Source of the DNA: an uncultured Candidatus Marinamargulisbacteria bacterium
GTDB lineage: Bacteria > Margulisbacteria > Marinamargulisbacteria > CAYINU01
DNA: 64,000 nt
Assembly: GCA_964364855.1 (NCBI GenBank)
Contig: CAYINU010000002.1
Coordinates: 2,337 to 66,336 of the forward strand
Reading direction: 5' to 3'
Part shown: positions 38,010 through 51,425 of the stretch, piece by piece
Numbering within the stretch: position 1 is the first letter of the stretch
Layout of the letters: each line of letters opens with the position of its first letter
Translations under genes and position numbers: made by a program
Notes under the pieces: model-generated
Databases searched by the model: none
Seen by the model: only the letters and a program-made list of their open reading frames with translations
What the model was told of the DNA's origin: nothing

Positions 38010-41000
38010 ATGCTGGTAAATAGCCCAAGTGATTTTGATATTATTGAGATTGGCCTAGCTTCGCCGGATCGGATTCGTTATTGGTCCCACGGGGAGATCG
38101 AAAAGCCTGAAACCATCAATTACCGTACGTTTAAGCCAGAGCGCAAAGGCTTGTTCTGCGAAAAGATTTTCGGGCCTGTCAAAGATTGGGAATGTTCCTG
38201 TGGCAAATACCGACGTGTCCGATACCGCGGTATTGTTTGTGAGCGCTGCGGTGTCGAAGTCACCCATTCCAAAGTGCGTCGCGAACGCATGGGCCATATC
38301 GAGTTGGCTGCTGACGTTGCCCATATTTGGTTCCTAAAAGGGATCCCGAGCTATATGGGATTGGTTCTGGAGATGTCAGCCCGCCAATTGGAAGAGGTCA
38401 TTTATTACGATTCTTATATCGTGCTGGACGTCGCGCCGGAGCTCGCCGAAGCGGGGACCCTCCATGTGAAGCAAACCCTTTCGACGACAGAATATATGGA
38501 TCTCAAAGAAAAGTATGGAGACCGGTTCAAGGCCGAAATGGGTGCGTCAGCCATTAAAAAACTACTCCAGGCAACGGACTTAAAGCAGCTGACTGCTGAG
38601 TTGCGCAAAGATCTGGTGGATTCGAAAGGCCAAAAGAAGCTCAAGGTTATTAAGCGCCTGCGAGTGGTAGAGTCGTTGTATAAATCCGGCAATCGCCCTG
38701 AGTGGATGATTATGGAAGTCATCCCGGTGATGCCGCCAGATCTTCGCCCGATGGTTCAGCTTGAAGGTGGCCGTTTTGCGACATCGGATTTGAACGATTT
38801 GTATCGTCGCGTGGTGAACCGCAACAACCGTCTCAAGCGGCTGATGGATATTGGGGCGCCCGAAATGATCGTGCGCAACGAAAAGCGCATGCTTCAAGAA
38901 GCAGTGGATGTCTTGATTTCCAACGGCAAACGTGGCCGGTCTGTAACCGGTTCTAACGGACGTCCTCTCAAGTCCCTAGGCAACATTATCGAGGGTAAAC
39001 AAGGGCGCTTCCGGCAAAACCTGTTGGGTAAACGGGTCGATTACTCCGGTCGCTCAGTTATCGTGGTGGGACCGCACTTGAAATTCCACCAATGTGGATT
39101 GCCCAAAGAAATGGCTTTGGAATTGTTCAAGCCTTTTGTCATTCGCAAGCTGGTCGAAAATGGTGTGGTATCCAACGTCAAAAGCGCAAAGCGCAAAATC
39201 GAACGCCGCGATGTTATTGTCTGGGACGTTTTGGAAGGTGTTATTAAAGGCCAGTGTGTGCTGCTAAACCGTGCGCCGACCTTGCACCGTTTGGGAATTC
39301 AGGCGTTCCAGCCGATCTTGGTCGAAGGCTCTGCCATTCAGATTCACCCCTTGGTTTGTACGGCATTTAATGCCGACTTTGATGGGGACCAAATGGCTGT
39401 TCACGTACCGCTTTCTCTGGAAGCGCAAGCTGAAAGCCGACTCCTGATTATGTCGACGAATAATATTTTGTCTCCATCTAACGGTCGCTCCATCATTACG
39501 CCGACCCAGGATATGGTCTTGGGTTGCTATTTTCTGACTGTCGACAACCCGGATGCTACCAAGGGGCGGGGTAAGGCATTTGGTAGCCCAGACGAAGCCA
39601 TGCGGGCATGGGAGCTTAATGGAGTCGATTTGCAAGCCTCAATTGTTGTTCGCTATCAAGGTAAACGTGTCACCACCACCTTGGGTCGTCTGTTGTTTAA
39701 CATTGCTGTTTTGGAAACGCTGGAAAAATATGGTTTACATACCGATGTTTTTGTTAACCAGACTGTTGGCAAAAAAGAGATGTCGGATCTGGTTTTTGGC
39801 TGGTACACCCAATTCGGAAACGAGGTTACCGCTGAGCTTGCCGACAAGCTTAAAAATCTGGGTTTCCGCTATTCTACACAGTCCGGCATTTCTATTTCGA
39901 TCGATGACCTGAAGGTTCCCAAGTCCAAAAAAGGTATTTTGGACAAAGCTGAAGCTGAGATCAGGCATTTGGACGATATGGTTGCTTCTGGTTCGATTAC
40001 TCCTCGTGAAAAGCAACTTCGTACCATCGATATTTGGCGTGGTGCAACTCACCAAATATCCGACGAAATGCAAGATGCGTTTGGCCCTCTCAATAACGTC
40101 TTTATTATGGCGAACTCCGGTGCGCGGGGTAACATCGACCAGGTTCGTCAGCTGGCGGGTATGCGGGGGTTGATGTCCGACTCTCAGGGCCGGATATTGG
40201 TCATTCCGATCAAGTCCAATTTTCGCGAGGGAATGACGCTTACAGAGTATTTCAACGCCTGTTACGGGGCCCGTAAAGGGTTGGTTGATACGGCGCTCCG
40301 AACCGCCGACTCGGGGTACCTAACTCGGCGTCTGGTGGATGTGGCGCAAGATGTGCTGATCACCGAAGAAGATTGTGAAACCACCAACGGCATCGACATG
40401 CAGCCTGTTCAAGACGGTGTCGAGTCGGTGGTGTCGTTGGCAGAGCAGATTGACGGGCGTATTTCGCTTGAGACCATTGCGCAAGGTAAGAAAACGATTG
40501 TTTCGGCGGGGGAGCTCATTTCTGGCGATGTCTCTCGAAGCATCCAAGACTCCGGTCGGACCTCCTTTAAGGTTCGCCACCCCTACACTTGCAAGGCGAA
40601 ACGGGGCATTTGTCAAAAATGCTACGGCTTGGATTTGGCTTCAGGACGGCTGATCAATGTGGGCGAGGCCGTTGGTATTATCGCGGCGCAGTCCATCGGT
40701 GAGCCGGGTACACAGCTGACGATGAGAACCTTCCATACGGGTGGTGTGGATCTTCGCCGTGCGTCCAAAGTCGAGTTTAAGGCCAAGTTTGCCGGTAAGA
40801 TTTCTTTTGACGAAACATTAACCGTCTCCCCGGCACGTACGGAAACGGGAGAACAGGTTGTTGTTGTCACTGGCGAATCTCGCCTTTACAACAACACCAA
40901 AACTGGCGAAAAGCGTATTCACCTGTTGCCAAAAGGCAGCCACTTAATGGTCAAAGAAGGCGACAACGTGAATCCGGGAGACATTCTGGCTGAGTACGAT

Positions 41001-42230
41001 CCGGCTTACGAATATGTTGTTTGCCACCGCTCGGGTGTTGCACGGTTCTTCGGGCTGGATTTGGTTACACGGAAAAGCCGTTCCAAAAAAGGCACCGAGG
41101 TGTACACCCAAACCGATGGCGAAATTTTTGTGAACAATCCGGACAAGGAACGTGAGTACGAGATATACAGTTCGTTAACAGAGGACTATCGTGTCGGGGA
41201 TCGGATCAAAGTGGGCACAGAAATTGCCCAGGCCAAAACACTGGATGTTGGGGGTATCATTGCGCGATTTGAAGACATCCCCGGTCAATCCAAGAAGAAG
41301 ACCAAAAACCTGATGGTCAAAATGGTGATTGTACCGGGCGAGTCCTACCCGGTTCTGTCTGGGGCCCGTTTATTTGCTTCAGAAGGTGATCGGGTACGGG
41401 AAGGCGACATTTTGGCCCGAGAACGCGTTGGCGAATCTGATGCTTCCAAAACCACGGATATCGTTCAAGGGTTGCCTCGAGTCGAGGAGCTTTTTGAAGC
41501 CAGGAAGCCCAAAAATAGTGCCATTTTGTCTTACCTTACGGGTGTAGTCGAAATTGCAGAGCGGGACGGCAATCGTTTTGTTGTTGTGACCGCACCCGAT
41601 GGCGAACAGCAGGAGTACAAAGTTCCTTTTGGATCGCGGGTTAAAGTCTTTTCCGGTAAGCGAGTTGAGAAAGGTGACGTTCTCACCGAAGGTGTCATCA
41701 ATCCTTTCGACATTATGGACACGCGCGGCGTCTATGCGACGCAAACCTATTTGTCGGACGAGATTCAAAAGGTCTATCGCTCGCAAGGGGTAAAGATTCA
41801 CTCTAAGCATGTGGAGGTAATCGTTCGCCAAATGACCCGCAAGGTAAATGTATCTGAAATGGGTGACAGCGAATTCTTGCCGAGCGAATTGATTGATATC
41901 CGGACATTCGAATCTGCCAACGAGAGTCTGAGAATGGACGGCAAAAAGGTCGCTGAAGGAGCCCGGGTATTGTTGGGCATAACCCGTTCCTCGTTGAATA
42001 CTGAAAGTTTCATTTCTGCATCCTCGTTCCAAGAAACGGCCCGTGTGTTGGCTGATGCAGCCGTGAAAGGCAAAACCGATGAGATGTATGGATTGAAAGA
42101 AAACGTCATTATCGGAAAACTGATTCCGGCAGGAACAGGTCTCGCAGCTTATGGGCGTGTCAGTCTGAAATCACTTGCCGGTGAGGAAATCCGGATCACA
42201 GAGGAGGAGCGCATCTTTTCTGTTGAATAA
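38010..42230 (+). CDS. rpoC: DNA-directed RNA polymerase subunit beta'
   Basis: The zinc-binding [23 protein letters not shown], the NADFDGDQM active site and the trigger loop are present. The protein is 1406 aa. Confidence 0.95.
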   Translation: MLVNSPSDFDIIEIGLASPDRIRYWSHGEIEKPETINYRTFKPERKGLFCEKIFGPVKDWECSCGKYRRVRYRGIVCERCGVEVTHSKVRRERMGHIELAADVAHIWFLKGIPSYMGLVLEMSARQLEEVIYYDSYIVLDVAPELAEAGTLHVKQTLSTTEYMDLKEKYGDRFKAEMGASAIKKLLQATDLKQLTAELRKDLVDSKGQKKLKVIKRLRVVESLYKSGNRPEWMIMEVIPVMPPDLRPMVQLEGGRFATSDLNDLYRRVVNRNNRLKRLMDIGAPEMIVRNEKRMLQEAVDVLISNGKRGRSVTGSNGRPLKSLGNIIEGKQGRFRQNLLGKRVDYSGRSVIVVGPHLKFHQCGLPKEMALELFKPFVIRKLVENGVVSNVKSAKRKIERRDVIVWDVLEGVIKGQCVLLNRAPTLHRLGIQAFQPILVEGSAIQIHPLVCTAFNADFDGDQMAVHVPLSLEAQAESRLLIMSTNNILSPSNGRSIITPTQDMVLGCYFLTVDNPDATKGRGKAFGSPDEAMRAWELNGVDLQASIVVRYQGKRVTTTLGRLLFNIAVLETLEKYGLHTDVFVNQTVGKKEMSDLVFGWYTQFGNEVTAELADKLKNLGFRYSTQSGISISIDDLKVPKSKKGILDKAEAEIRHLDDMVASGSITPREKQLRTIDIWRGATHQISDEMQDAFGPLNNVFIMANSGARGNIDQVRQLAGMRGLMSDSQGRILVIPIKSNFREGMTLTEYFNACYGARKGLVDTALRTADSGYLTRRLVDVAQDVLITEEDCETTNGIDMQPVQDGVESVVSLAEQIDGRISLETIAQGKKTIVSAGELISGDVSRSIQDSGRTSFKVRHPYTCKAKRGICQKCYGLDLASGRLINVGEAVGIIAAQSIGEPGTQLTMRTFHTGGVDLRRASKVEFKAKFAGKISFDETLTVSPARTETGEQVVVVTGESRLYNNTKTGEKRIHLLPKGSHLMVKEGDNVNPGDILAEYDPAYEYVVCHRSGVARFFGLDLVTRKSRSKKGTEVYTQTDGEIFVNNPDKEREYEIYSSLTEDYRVGDRIKVGTEIAQAKTLDVGGIIARFEDIPGQSKKKTKNLMVKMVIVPGESYPVLSGARLFASEGDRVREGDILARERVGESDASKTTDIVQGLPRVEELFEARKPKNSAILSYLTGVVEIAERDGNRFVVVTAPDGEQQEYKVPFGSRVKVFSGKRVEKGDVLTEGVINPFDIMDTRGVYATQTYLSDEIQKVYRSQGVKIHSKHVEVIVRQMTRKVNVSEMGDSEFLPSELIDIRTFESANESLRMDGKKVAEGARVLLGITRSSLNTESFISASSFQETARVLADAAVKGKTDEMYGLKENVIIGKLIPAGTGLAAYGRVSLKSLAGEEIRITEEERIFSVE

Positions 42231-42231
42231 T

Positions 42232-42266
42232 TGACATTCCCACGCAGGCGGGGTAGGATATCCCGC
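42232..42266 (+). promoter_or_regulatory. candidate str-operon promoter (TTGACA-17-TAGGAT) overlapping an 8-bp-stem hairpin caggcggg/cccgcctg
   Basis: Read directly, immediately after the rpoC stop. No T-run follows the hairpin, so it is not an intrinsic terminator. Confidence 0.3.
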
Positions 42267-42293
42267 CTGTCTAGAAGATGAAGGAGTTTGATA

Positions 42294-42680
42294 GTGGCTA
42301 CGACTAACCAATTGGTTCGCCAGCGACGGCGAAAGAAAATTCAAAAAGGAAAAGCCCCTGCGCTGACACAATGTCCGCAACGCCGGGGAGTGTGTACCCG
42401 TGTTTATACAACGACCCCCAAAAAGCCAAACTCTGCCCTTCGTAAAGTTGCGCGTGTGCGTTTGTCCAATGGACATGAAGTAACGGTTTATATCCCTGGT
42501 GAAGGCCACAATCTCCAAGAGCACTCTGTCGTATTGGTTCAAGGACGACGGGTCCCAGATCTTCCGGGGGTTCGCTATCACCTTGTCCGAGGGGCCCTTG
42601 ACCTGCAAGGCGTAAACAACCGCAAGCAAGCACGTTCGCTGTATGGCACCAAGCGTGCCAAGGCTGCCAAGAAGGGGTAA
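42294..42680 (+). CDS. rpsL: 30S ribosomal protein S12
   Basis: (M)[14 protein letters not shown]...[19 protein letters not shown]... matches S12. GTG 42294 lies 7 nt after the AAGGAG RBS, whereas the track's TTG at 42288 is too close to it. Confidence 0.9.
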   Translation: MATTNQLVRQRRRKKIQKGKAPALTQCPQRRGVCTRVYTTTPKKPNSALRKVARVRLSNGHEVTVYIPGEGHNLQEHSVVLVQGRRVPDLPGVRYHLVRGALDLQGVNNRKQARSLYGTKRAKAAKKG

Positions 42681-42686
42681 TGAGTT

Positions 42687-43154
42687 ATGCCTAGGAAAAA
42701 AAGAGAATTTAAGCGCGTATTTGAACCGGATGCTGTCTATCGCAACGTCAAAATCGGCCGTTTTATCAATAAAATTATGATCCAAGGCAAAAAGAGCCTT
42801 GCCGAGCGAATCGTATACGAGGCCTTGGCCGCATTGGGGCAACGCGTTAATGCCGACCCTGTTCAGGCCTTCGAGAAGGCCATGCGTACCATTGCACCGA
42901 TGATGGAGGTAAAACCCAGACGTGTTGGGGGCTCTACTTATCAAGTACCTATTGAGGTAAAGCCGGAGCGTGGGGACTCGTTGTCCATGAAATGGATTAT
43001 CCAATTGGCCCGTGACAAGTCTGGATCGATGTCCACAAATTTGGCAAACGAATTGATAGATGCCTATAACGGTGTGGGTGCTGCGATGAAAAAACGCGAA
43101 GACACTCACAAAATGGCTGAGGCCAACAAAGCGTTCGCGCACTTTAGGTGGTAG
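42687..43154 (+). CDS. rpsG: 30S ribosomal protein S7
   Basis: MPRKKREFKRVFEPDAVY... matches S7. Confidence 0.9.
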   Translation: MPRKKREFKRVFEPDAVYRNVKIGRFINKIMIQGKKSLAERIVYEALAALGQRVNADPVQAFEKAMRTIAPMMEVKPRRVGGSTYQVPIEVKPERGDSLSMKWIIQLARDKSGSMSTNLANELIDAYNGVGAAMKKREDTHKMAEANKAFAHFRW

Positions 43155-43157
43155 GTC

Positions 43158-45233
43158 ATGGCAGATAGGCAAGATCTCAAGAAAATCCGTAATATCGGAA
43201 TTGCGGCTCATATTGACGCGGGTAAAACCACGCTGACTGAGCGGGTTTTATATTACACGGGTAAATCTCACAAAATCGGTGAGGTTCACGATGGTACGGC
43301 TACCATGGATTGGATGGTCCAGGAACAAGAACGGGGCATTACAATAACTTCTGCTGCGACAACGTGTTATTGGAAAGATGCGATTATCAATATTATCGAC
43401 ACGCCCGGGCACGTTGACTTCACAGTTGAGGTTGAGCGCTCGCTTCGTATTTTGGATGGCATGGTCGCCGTATTTTGCGCTGTGGCTGGGGTTCAACCTC
43501 AGTCCGAAACGGTATGGCGTCAGGCTAACAAATACGGTGTTCCCCGGTTGGCATTTGTCAACAAAATGGACCGCGTCGGCGCCAACTATGAGCGCGTCAT
43601 TGGCATGCTTCGTGACAACTTGGGTGCCAAACCCGTCATGATGAATTATCCGATCGGTACAGAAGATCAGTTCAAGGGAATTATTGATATCCTGAATACC
43701 AAGGAATTCCATTTCGGAGATGATGCCGGTACAGAAATTGTGGAAACCGACATTGATCCGAGCCGCAAAGCGCTTTTTGAAAAGCTCCGTACCGAATTGG
43801 TTGAAGCCGCAGCTGAGGGTAGTGATGCTTTGCTCGAAACCTACATGGAGACTGGCACCCTGAGCCAAGACCAGGTCATCGAAGGCATTCGCAAGCAAAC
43901 GATCGCTGGCTCTATTATTCCGGCCTACTGTGGGACTGCGTTTAAAAACAAAGGTGTTCAAGCCCTGTTGGATGGGGTGGTTGCCTTTTTGCCGTCTCCG
44001 ATTGATATTCCAGCTGTGGTTGGAAAAAAACCGCATAGCGAAGAGACCGAAACCCGCGAACCCGATCCAGCGGCACCGATGTCAGGGCTCGTATTCAAGG
44101 TCCAAACCGATCCTTTCGTTGGCCGTTTGACCTACGTTCGTTTGTATTCCGGAACCTTGGTTCCCGGAACCTATGTGGAAAATACAACTCAGGACACTCG
44201 TGAGCGCATCTCGCGTATTTTGCTTATGCATGCGAATACGCGCAGTGAGTTAAAAGACGCCCATGCAGGTCAAATCATCGGTGTCATCGGGCTAAAAAAG
44301 GCTCGAACCGGAGATACGTTAACGGTTGAAAATAATCCCATTTTGCTGGAGTCAATTGAATTTCCAGAACCGGTCATTTTTGTTGCGATTGAACCCAAGA
44401 CCAAATCTGACCAAGACAAGCTGTCCCAGGCTTTGGAAAAATTGGGGGATGAAGATCCGACTTTCCATTTTAGAACGGATCCCGAAACCGGTCAGACCAT
44501 TATCTCCGGTATGGGTGAACTTCATTTGGAGATTATTGTTGACCGGTTGATGCGAGAATTTGGTGTGCAGGCTAACATCGGCAAACCTCAGGTTGCTTAT
44601 AAAGAATCTATTTCCAAGAAAGCGGAAGCAGAAGGAAAATTCATTCGCCAAACCGGTGGCCGTGGTCAATATGGTCACGTCATTTTGAAAATCGAACCTA
44701 TCGAGCGAGGAAAAGGCATTGAATTCGTCAACAAAGTGGTAGGCGGACGCATTCCGAAGGAATATATTCCTTCTGTTGAAAAGGGTGTTCGAGAGGCCTT
44801 TCAGACCGGAATTATTGCCGGTTACCCGATGGTTGATGTGTTGGTGACGCTTCTGGATGGGTCTTATCACAATGTCGATAGTTCTGATATCGCATTCCAG
44901 ATTGCGGGATCATACGCCGTTAAGGATGCTGTTAAAAAGGCGGGCCCGGTGATTTTGGAGCCGATGATGGCCGTCGAAGTTGAAGCTCCCGAAAACAAAA
45001 TGGGTGACGTTATTTCCGATATCAATAGCCGTCGTGGAAAGATTGAAAGCATCGATCCACTTGCGAACGCAATCCAGCAAATCAAGTCGGAAGTGCCGCT
45101 GTCCGAGATGTTTGGATATGCGACGACTTTACGCTCACTTACGCAGGGCCGAGGTATTTACACTATGCAGTTCTTTAGATATAGTGAAGTGCCTAAAACA
45201 ATTTTTGAAAATTTAATAGCGGAAAAGTCTTAA
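43158..45233 (+). CDS. fusA: elongation factor G
   Basis: ...[26 protein letters not shown]... matches EF-G. The protein is 691 aa. Confidence 0.95.
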   Translation: MADRQDLKKIRNIGIAAHIDAGKTTLTERVLYYTGKSHKIGEVHDGTATMDWMVQEQERGITITSAATTCYWKDAIINIIDTPGHVDFTVEVERSLRILDGMVAVFCAVAGVQPQSETVWRQANKYGVPRLAFVNKMDRVGANYERVIGMLRDNLGAKPVMMNYPIGTEDQFKGIIDILNTKEFHFGDDAGTEIVETDIDPSRKALFEKLRTELVEAAAEGSDALLETYMETGTLSQDQVIEGIRKQTIAGSIIPAYCGTAFKNKGVQALLDGVVAFLPSPIDIPAVVGKKPHSEETETREPDPAAPMSGLVFKVQTDPFVGRLTYVRLYSGTLVPGTYVENTTQDTRERISRILLMHANTRSELKDAHAGQIIGVIGLKKARTGDTLTVENNPILLESIEFPEPVIFVAIEPKTKSDQDKLSQALEKLGDEDPTFHFRTDPETGQTIISGMGELHLEIIVDRLMREFGVQANIGKPQVAYKESISKKAEAEGKFIRQTGGRGQYGHVILKIEPIERGKGIEFVNKVVGGRIPKEYIPSVEKGVREAFQTGIIAGYPMVDVLVTLLDGSYHNVDSSDIAFQIAGSYAVKDAVKKAGPVILEPMMAVEVEAPENKMGDVISDINSRRGKIESIDPLANAIQQIKSEVPLSEMFGYATTLRSLTQGRGIYTMQFFRYSEVPKTIFENLIAEKS

Positions 45234-45247
45234 GGAGGACATGGAAA

Positions 45248-46450
45248 ATGGCTAAGGAAAAGTTCGATCGTTCAAAGCCGCACGTTAATATCGGTACCAT
45301 TGGTCACGTTGACCACGGGAAGACAACATTAACCGCTGCGATTACACGTGTGTTGTCCTCCCAGGGTCTTGCCGAGTTTAAAGCCTACGATCAAATCGAC
45401 GCTGCGCCTGAAGAAAAAGCGCGGGGTATTACCATTGCTACTGCTCACGTTGAATACCAAACCGAAAAGCGCCACTATGCCCACGTGGATTGTCCCGGAC
45501 ACGCTGACTATATCAAGAACATGATCACCGGTGCGGCGCAGATGGATGGCGGCATTTTGGTTGTTAGCGCTGCTGACGGACCGATGCCCCAAACCCGTGA
45601 ACATATCTTGTTGGCTCGACAAGTGAACGTCCCTAGCTTGGTGGTCTTCTTGAACAAGTGCGATATGGTGGATGACCCCGAATTGCTGGAATTGGTTGAG
45701 ATGGAAGTTCGCGAATTGTTGAGCAAGTATGAGTATCCTGGTGACACTACCCCCATTATTCGCGGATCTGCTTTGAAGGCCCTCAATGCGTCTGATGCGT
45801 CTCGCGATAGCGCTGATGCCAAGTGTATTTGGGAGTTGATGGATGCGGTTGATTCTTTTATTCCGATCCCAGAGCGTGAAGTCGATAAGCCTTTCTTGAT
45901 GCCCATCGAAGACATCTTCACGATCACGGGCCGTGGTACGGTTGCGACAGGCCGAGTTGAGCGTGGCCGCGTAAAGGTTGGTGATGACCTTGAAATCGTG
46001 GGTATGGCTGATGAGGTTATCAAAACCACCATTACCGGTATCGAAATGTTCCGCAAGCTTTTGGACGAGGGTCAGGCAGGCGACAACATGGGCGCATTAC
46101 TGCGGGGTGTTGAAAAGGATGCCATCAAGCGTGGAATGGTTTTGGCTAAGCCCGGTTCCATTAAGCCCCACAAAAAGTTTAGCGCTGAGGTTTACGTATT
46201 GAAAAAAGAAGAGGGCGGTCGCCATACTCCTTTCTTTAAAGGGTATCGGCCTCAATTCTACATTCGAACAACGGACGTAACGGGTTCAATCATCCTTCCT
46301 GAAAAGGTTGAGATGGTCATGCCCGGTGACAACATCACAATTGATGTGGAGCTGATTGTGCCTGTTGCTTGTGAAGAAGGCATGCGCTTTGCAATTCGTG
46401 AGGGCGGTAAGACCGTGGGTGCCGGCGTTGTCACCAAGATTATCGCGTAA
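45248..46450 (+). CDS. tuf: elongation factor Tu
   Basis: [33 protein letters not shown]... matches EF-Tu. The protein is 400 aa. Confidence 0.95.
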   Translation: MAKEKFDRSKPHVNIGTIGHVDHGKTTLTAAITRVLSSQGLAEFKAYDQIDAAPEEKARGITIATAHVEYQTEKRHYAHVDCPGHADYIKNMITGAAQMDGGILVVSAADGPMPQTREHILLARQVNVPSLVVFLNKCDMVDDPELLELVEMEVRELLSKYEYPGDTTPIIRGSALKALNASDASRDSADAKCIWELMDAVDSFIPIPEREVDKPFLMPIEDIFTITGRGTVATGRVERGRVKVGDDLEIVGMADEVIKTTITGIEMFRKLLDEGQAGDNMGALLRGVEKDAIKRGMVLAKPGSIKPHKKFSAEVYVLKKEEGGRHTPFFKGYRPQFYIRTTDVTGSIILPEKVEMVMPGDNITIDVELIVPVACEEGMRFAIREGGKTVGAGVVTKIIA

Positions 46451-46475
46451 GTATTGAGAAAGATTTGGTGAGCGT

Positions 46476-46814
46476 ATGGCTACTTTAGAGAAAAAGAAAA
46501 TCAAGCCCCAGCAAAAGATTCGTATTCGTCTGAAGGCATTTGATTTTCGAGTTATTGATCAATCCGCTGAGAAAATTGTTCAGACTGCAGAGCGGTCCGG
46601 GGCCAAGGTGCTTGGTCCTGTTCCTCTCCCCACCAATAAAAAGGTATGGTGCGTACTGAAGAGCCCTCATATCGATAAGCGTGGTGGCGAGCATTTTGAG
46701 GTTCGCGTTCACAAGCGTCTTATTGATATTGTGGATCCGCCATCCTCGACTGTTGATGCGCTCATGCAGCTTGATTTGCCTGCGGGCGTTGATATCGAGA
46801 TCAAGTTAAATTAA
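46476..46814 (+). CDS. rpsJ: 30S ribosomal protein S10
   Basis: ...[26 protein letters not shown]... matches S10. Confidence 0.9.
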   Translation: MATLEKKKIKPQQKIRIRLKAFDFRVIDQSAEKIVQTAERSGAKVLGPVPLPTNKKVWCVLKSPHIDKRGGEHFEVRVHKRLIDIVDPPSSTVDALMQLDLPAGVDIEIKLN

Positions 46815-46835
46815 GTTTTTTTGAAAGGGTATCTC

Positions 46836-47459
46836 ATGAGTTCGAAGTTTTTATTGGGCAGAAAAGTCGGAATGTCCGAAATCATCGGTGAAGATGGCGT
46901 CGTTGCTCCGGTTACCTTGATTAGCGTGAAGCCGTTGCATATCATCGAAGTCAAAAGTAAAGACAAGAATGGATACACTGCCATTAAGGTAGCTACCGAA
47001 ACCGTGCCCGAATCGAAGGCTTCGTCTCCTGTTCGCGGTGCCTTTAAGAAGGCTGGTATTGCGCCTTGCCGAACGGTTCGAGAATTTCGTGTGGATAACA
47101 CCGATAGCTTTAAAGCGGGCGATGTGCTTAATGTCGATGTCTTTCAAAAAAACGATCGTGTGGATGTTCGGGGCAAAACAATTGGTCGCGGGTTCTCCGG
47201 AACGATTCGCCGCTGGAATTTCAGTCGTGGTCCTATGAGCCATGGCTCAAAGAGTCACCGAATACCGGGGTCTATCGGTGCCGGGACATTTCCGGGCCAT
47301 GTTATCAAGGGCAAAAAAATGGCGGGGCACTATGGCGACGAGTTTGTAACCATCAAAAACCTGATTGTAATGGATGTTAATGCGGAAAAGGGATTGCTGG
47401 CCATCCGAGGATCGTTCCCGGGTAAAGCCGGTGGTCTGGTCAGGATCTTAGGGAAGTGA
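46836..47459 (+). CDS. rplC: 50S ribosomal protein L3
   Basis: [17 protein letters not shown]... matches L3. ATG 46836 lies 6 nt after the AAAGGG RBS; the track's TTG at 46821 is less likely. Confidence 0.9.
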   Translation: MSSKFLLGRKVGMSEIIGEDGVVAPVTLISVKPLHIIEVKSKDKNGYTAIKVATETVPESKASSPVRGAFKKAGIAPCRTVREFRVDNTDSFKAGDVLNVDVFQKNDRVDVRGKTIGRGFSGTIRRWNFSRGPMSHGSKSHRIPGSIGAGTFPGHVIKGKKMAGHYGDEFVTIKNLIVMDVNAEKGLLAIRGSFPGKAGGLVRILGK

Positions 47460-47463
47460 TGGT

Positions 47464-48045
47464 ATGGCTATCAAAGTTGTTGAGTTAACAAAAGAAGAAC
47501 GCGGAGCCTTGGGATTGGATCAGGAGATGGCTGAGTCTGGTGCTCATCATATTTATTTGGGTATGCAGTATCAGCTAAATCGGGAACGCCAAGGTACGGC
47601 TTCTACAAAAACAAAAGGTGAAGTCTCCGGCGGCGGTCGCAAACCCTATAAGCAAAAGGGTACCGGGCGCGCACGGCGGGGCAGTAACCGGACGCCATTG
47701 ATGCCGGGTGGTGGTGTTGCTTTTGGCCCGAAGTATCGGAGTTATGCGACTGGTCTGAACCAAAAGATTGTCAAGAAAAGTGTGGTATCTGCTCTGATTA
47801 CACGGGAGCGCTTGTTAAAATTGAGTGGTGTCGAGGATAAGTCTCGGACAAAGGATTGCCGCAAGGTTATCGATGAGGTTGGGTCGGCCGTCATCGTGAT
47901 TCGAGATGAGTTTGATCCTGTGTACAAGGCTGTTCGAAATTTCGCCTCGATCGAGATCGTAACCGCTCGTTATCTTAAAATTGATCGGCTGCTTTCGCAT
48001 CCCGTGGTGGTCTTTTCTCAAGACGCCCTAGGCGTGCTGGCGTAA
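47464..48045 (+). CDS. rplD: 50S ribosomal protein L4
   Basis: ...[19 protein letters not shown]... matches L4. Confidence 0.9.
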   Translation: MAIKVVELTKEERGALGLDQEMAESGAHHIYLGMQYQLNRERQGTASTKTKGEVSGGGRKPYKQKGTGRARRGSNRTPLMPGGGVAFGPKYRSYATGLNQKIVKKSVVSALITRERLLKLSGVEDKSRTKDCRKVIDEVGSAVIVIRDEFDPVYKAVRNFASIEIVTARYLKIDRLLSHPVVVFSQDALGVLA

Positions 48046-48063
48046 GGATTAGGAGAAAAGATC

Positions 48064-48336
48064 ATGCGTGTTATACCGGTAGTAACTGAAAAATCCGCTG
48101 CGCTTAAAGCGCAAGGTAAGTATGTATTTTATGTAGACCCTACGGTTAATAAGGTGGATATCCAACGGTTTTTTAAATCGGCATTTGGCGTGGATGCCGT
48201 GGCCGTTAACGTGCTGAATGTCAAGGGGAAAACGCGTCGGCGTCGCAACATTCAAGGTGCCACACAAGACCGGAAAAAGGTTGTGGTTACCCTTAAAAAA
48301 GGGCAAGAAATTGACGCTGTGAAAGGGCTATTCTAA
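48064..48336 (+). CDS. rplW: 50S ribosomal protein L23
   Basis: MRVIPVVTEKSAALKAQGKYVFYVD... matches L23. Confidence 0.9.
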   Translation: MRVIPVVTEKSAALKAQGKYVFYVDPTVNKVDIQRFFKSAFGVDAVAVNVLNVKGKTRRRRNIQGATQDRKKVVVTLKKGQEIDAVKGLF

Positions 48337-49169
48337 TGAGTATCAAGCGATTTAAGCCTGCCACTCCAGGTGCGCGTTTTCGGCACGTTGTTCAAAACGA
48401 CGAGGTTATGGCTAAGTCCGGTGAGAAATCGTTGCTCCGTGGTACCAAGGCGGGTAGTGGTCGTAACAACCTCGGTCGCATCACTGTTCGGCGTCGTGGC
48501 GGTGGAGTAAAACGAAAATACCGTGTTATTGATTTTTCCCGTACCAAGGTAGGCGTTCCTGCAACCGTATTGTCTATTGAGTACGATCCCTTCCGTTCGG
48601 CGTTGGTTGCTTTGATCCGATACGCGGATGGCGAAAAAACCTATATCATCGCCCCCAAGGGGCTAAAGGAAGGCCAGGCACTGGTTTCTTCTGAGAATGA
48701 TACCGAGATTCAGTTGGGCAATATGTTACCGCTGTCGGCCATTCCCACAGGGAGCGTTATTCACAACGTGCAGATGAAGCTCAACAGTCGTTTCCGCATT
48801 GCGCGGTCTGCAGGCACCGGTGCGACATTGATGGCCAAGACGGAAGCGCATGCAACTGTTCGATTGCCGTCTGGTGAGGTTCGTTTGGTGAACTTGGATT
48901 GTACGGCTACTATTGGTGAGGTTAGTAATGCAGATCACCGCAACCGGGTCATCGGTAAGGCGGGTGCGAACCGCTGGCGTGGGCGCCGTCCCAAAGTTCG
49001 GGGATCGGTAATGAACCCTGTTGACCACCCGCATGGTGGTGGTGAAGGCCGTGCTCCGATTGGGCGCCCTTCTCCCGTTACGCCTTGGGGTAAGCCGACA
49101 ATGGGCTATAAAACACGTAAAAAGAATAATCCGTCTGACAAATATATTGTGAAGCGGCGTAGTAAGTAG
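48336..49169 (+). CDS. rplB: 50S ribosomal protein L2
   Basis: ...[29 protein letters not shown]... matches L2. Confidence 0.95.
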   Translation: MSIKRFKPATPGARFRHVVQNDEVMAKSGEKSLLRGTKAGSGRNNLGRITVRRRGGGVKRKYRVIDFSRTKVGVPATVLSIEYDPFRSALVALIRYADGEKTYIIAPKGLKEGQALVSSENDTEIQLGNMLPLSAIPTGSVIHNVQMKLNSRFRIARSAGTGATLMAKTEAHATVRLPSGEVRLVNLDCTATIGEVSNADHRNRVIGKAGANRWRGRRPKVRGSVMNPVDHPHGGGEGRAPIGRPSPVTPWGKPTMGYKTRKKNNPSDKYIVKRRSK

Positions 49170-49180
49170 GAGGAAAAATC

Positions 49181-49453
49181 GTGTCTCGATCTCGTAAAAA
49201 GGGGCCTTTTGTAGATGCTCCGTTGCTTGAAAAAGTGGAGCAGCTAAACAAGGAAAAAAAGAAGGTTTTAATTAAGACTTGGTCTCGCCGTTCTACAATT
49301 ATTCCCGAAATGATTGGACACACGATTGCCGTCTATAACGGCCGCAAGCATGTTCCCGTGTTTATCGCGGAAGACAAAATCGGACACAAGTTGGGTGAGT
49401 TTGCCTTTACGCGAACGTTCAAGGGCCACTCCGGTGCGCGTAAGGAGGCCTAA
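49181..49453 (+). CDS. rpsS: 30S ribosomal protein S19
   Basis: (GTG start) [19 protein letters not shown]...[17 protein letters not shown]... matches S19. Confidence 0.9.
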   Translation: MSRSRKKGPFVDAPLLEKVEQLNKEKKKVLIKTWSRRSTIIPEMIGHTIAVYNGRKHVPVFIAEDKIGHKLGEFAFTRTFKGHSGARKEA

Positions 49454-49456
49454 GCG

Positions 49457-49831
49457 ATGATTACACAAGAACAACGCCAAGAAATGGTCGAGGCAAAAGG
49501 CAATTATCTGCGCATTTCTCCCTCTAAGGTTCGCCGAGTGGCTAATGTTATTCGTGGCCGAACGCCTCAAGAGGCCTTGCAAATGCTTCGGGCTTTGCCT
49601 CAGGCCGGGGCTGACTATCTGTACAAGGTCATCAAATCTGCTGCGGCAAACGCGGTTCACAACAACAAGTGGGATGAATCTGAATTGGTTATCGGTGAAT
49701 TGTTGGTCAACGAGGGTCCTCGGTCCAAGCGGTTTCAGCCCAAGGCCCGCGGCCGTATCTATCAGATCACAAAACGCTCAAGCCATATCATCGTGCGGAT
49801 TGCACGTAAAAGCAAAAAAGGGGGTGCGTAA
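49457..49831 (+). CDS. rplV: 50S ribosomal protein L22
   Basis: ...AKGNYLRISPSKVRRVANVIRGRTPQEAL... matches L22. Confidence 0.9.
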   Translation: MITQEQRQEMVEAKGNYLRISPSKVRRVANVIRGRTPQEALQMLRALPQAGADYLYKVIKSAAANAVHNNKWDESELVIGELLVNEGPRSKRFQPKARGRIYQITKRSSHIIVRIARKSKKGGA

Positions 49832-49834
49832 GTC

Positions 49835-50506
49835 ATGGGTCAAAAGGCAAACCCAAACGGGCTAAGAGTCGGCATTATTCGTGACTGGGACAGCACCTGG
49901 TTTAGCGTCAAAGATTACGGTTCCCTCCTCGTCGAGGATTTGGAAATCCGCAAATATCTGCGTGACGCTCTCAAGCGGGCAGGCGTTTCTAAAGTGCTTA
50001 TTCGACGCAAGGCAGATCAGGTGGATGTCGACATTTACGCGGCCCGCCCGGGGATTGTCATTGGTCGTGGTGGCAGTGACATTTCTATCTTGCGTGAAGA
50101 CCTGGGTAAAAAGCTGAATAAGCGTATTCAACTGAATATTATTGAAGAAAAGCATCCCGAGCTGAGCGCGCGATTGGTTGGCGAAAATATTGTTGCTCAA
50201 CTGGAAAAGCGCATTCCGTTTCGCAGAGCGATGAAGTCCTCTATTCAAAGGGTCATGAAGGCCGGTGCCAGCGGCATTAAGGTTTGTTGCAGTGGGCGTT
50301 TGGGTGGTCTGGAAATTGCCCGTACCGAGCGGTATCACGAAGGAAAAGTCCCTTTGCACACGTTTCGGGCGGATATTGACTACGCCTTTTCGGAGGCCCT
50401 CACAACATACGGCAAAATCGGCGTAAAAGTTTGGATTTACAAAGGCGACATCGTGGCCGGTAAATCGGGTCAAGCCATCTCTAGCAAAGAGCTGGCCTAC
50501 ATTTAA
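49835..50506 (+). CDS. rpsC: 30S ribosomal protein S3
   Basis: [18 protein letters not shown]... with a KH domain matches S3. Confidence 0.9.
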   Translation: MGQKANPNGLRVGIIRDWDSTWFSVKDYGSLLVEDLEIRKYLRDALKRAGVSKVLIRRKADQVDVDIYAARPGIVIGRGGSDISILREDLGKKLNKRIQLNIIEEKHPELSARLVGENIVAQLEKRIPFRRAMKSSIQRVMKAGASGIKVCCSGRLGGLEIARTERYHEGKVPLHTFRADIDYAFSEALTTYGKIGVKVWIYKGDIVAGKSGQAISSKELAYI

Positions 50507-50521
50507 TGGCAGGGTTAAATC

Positions 50522-50929
50522 ATGTTAAGTCCTAAGAAAACCAAATACAGAAAGTTTCAGCGTGGCCGTAACCGTGGTAAGGCCCAAACCGGCAACCAAA
50601 TTAGCTTCGGTGATTTTGGTCTGCAAAGCTTGGATGCCGCTTGGGTTACCGAACGGCAAATCGAGGCAGCCCGTCGTGCGCTCAGCCGTCATATGAAGCG
50701 TGGCGGTAAGGTCTGGATTCGCATTTTTCCTGATAAGAGCGTGACCAAGCTCCCCGCCGAAACCCGGATGGGGAAAGGAAAAGGGGCTCCCGAATTTTGG
50801 GTTGCATGTGTTTTGCCTGGAACCATGCTTTTTGAGCTGGCAGGTGTTGACGAGCTTACAGCCCGTGAGGCCTTGCGATTGGCAGCATTCAAATTGCCCG
50901 TGAAAACCAAGATAAAGGTTAAGGAATAA
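50522..50929 (+). CDS. rplP: 50S ribosomal protein L16
   Basis: [21 protein letters not shown]... matches L16. Confidence 0.9.
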   Translation: MLSPKKTKYRKFQRGRNRGKAQTGNQISFGDFGLQSLDAAWVTERQIEAARRALSRHMKRGGKVWIRIFPDKSVTKLPAETRMGKGKGAPEFWVACVLPGTMLFELAGVDELTAREALRLAAFKLPVKTKIKVKE

Positions 50930-50932
50930 GTT

Positions 50933-51127
50933 ATGGCCAAACAAACAGTAGCTGTTGAATCGATTGAGTCATTGGAAAAAGAAGTTCGTGAGCAGGCCAA
51001 TCATCTTCGCGAGCTGGTGTTTAAAAATGACATCCGCGATTTGAAAGATGTGTCTCAAATTAAGAAAACCAGAATAGCCATCGCGCGCTTAAAAACACGC
51101 ATTTCGGCACTGCAAAAGAAGGGATAG
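50933..51127 (+). CDS. rpmC: 50S ribosomal protein L29
   Basis: A 64-aa helical protein sits in the canonical L16-L29-S17 position. Confidence 0.85.
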   Translation: MAKQTVAVESIESLEKEVREQANHLRELVFKNDIRDLKDVSQIKKTRIAIARLKTRISALQKKG

Positions 51128-51131
51128 TCCA

Positions 51132-51425
51132 ATGAGGGGTTTACGAAAGCGCCGTCTGGGAACGGTTTCAAAATTAAGTTCTGAAAAAACGGTGACCGTG
51201 GTCGTCAATAGCCGTCGTCGTCACCCGGTATATAACAAGGTTGTCACGGTATCGCAAAAGTACCATGCCCATTGTGAGGATCCGCAGATTCAGGTAGGGG
51301 ATTTTGTCGAGATTACAGAAACTCGTCCTCTGAGCAAAACGAAGCGATGGCGGGTGTCCGATCTGCTTAAAAACGTAAGTGAGGCCGAACTGATAGCCCG
51401 TCAAGAACAGGAGCAGGAGCTGTGA
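51132..51425 (+). CDS. rpsQ: 30S ribosomal protein S17
   Basis: ...[31 protein letters not shown]... matches S17. Confidence 0.9.
   Translation: MRGLRKRRLGTVSKLSSEKTVTVVVNSRRRHPVYNKVVTVSQKYHAHCEDPQIQVGDFVEITETRPLSKTKRWRVSDLLKNVSEAELIARQEQEQEL

Noticed and set aside
34857-42109. Alternate-frame ORFs within rpoB and rpoC (for example 36862-37239, 38580-38897, 39735-40073, 41379-42032)
   Set aside because: They are entirely embedded in highly conserved RNA polymerase frames, with no independent signals.
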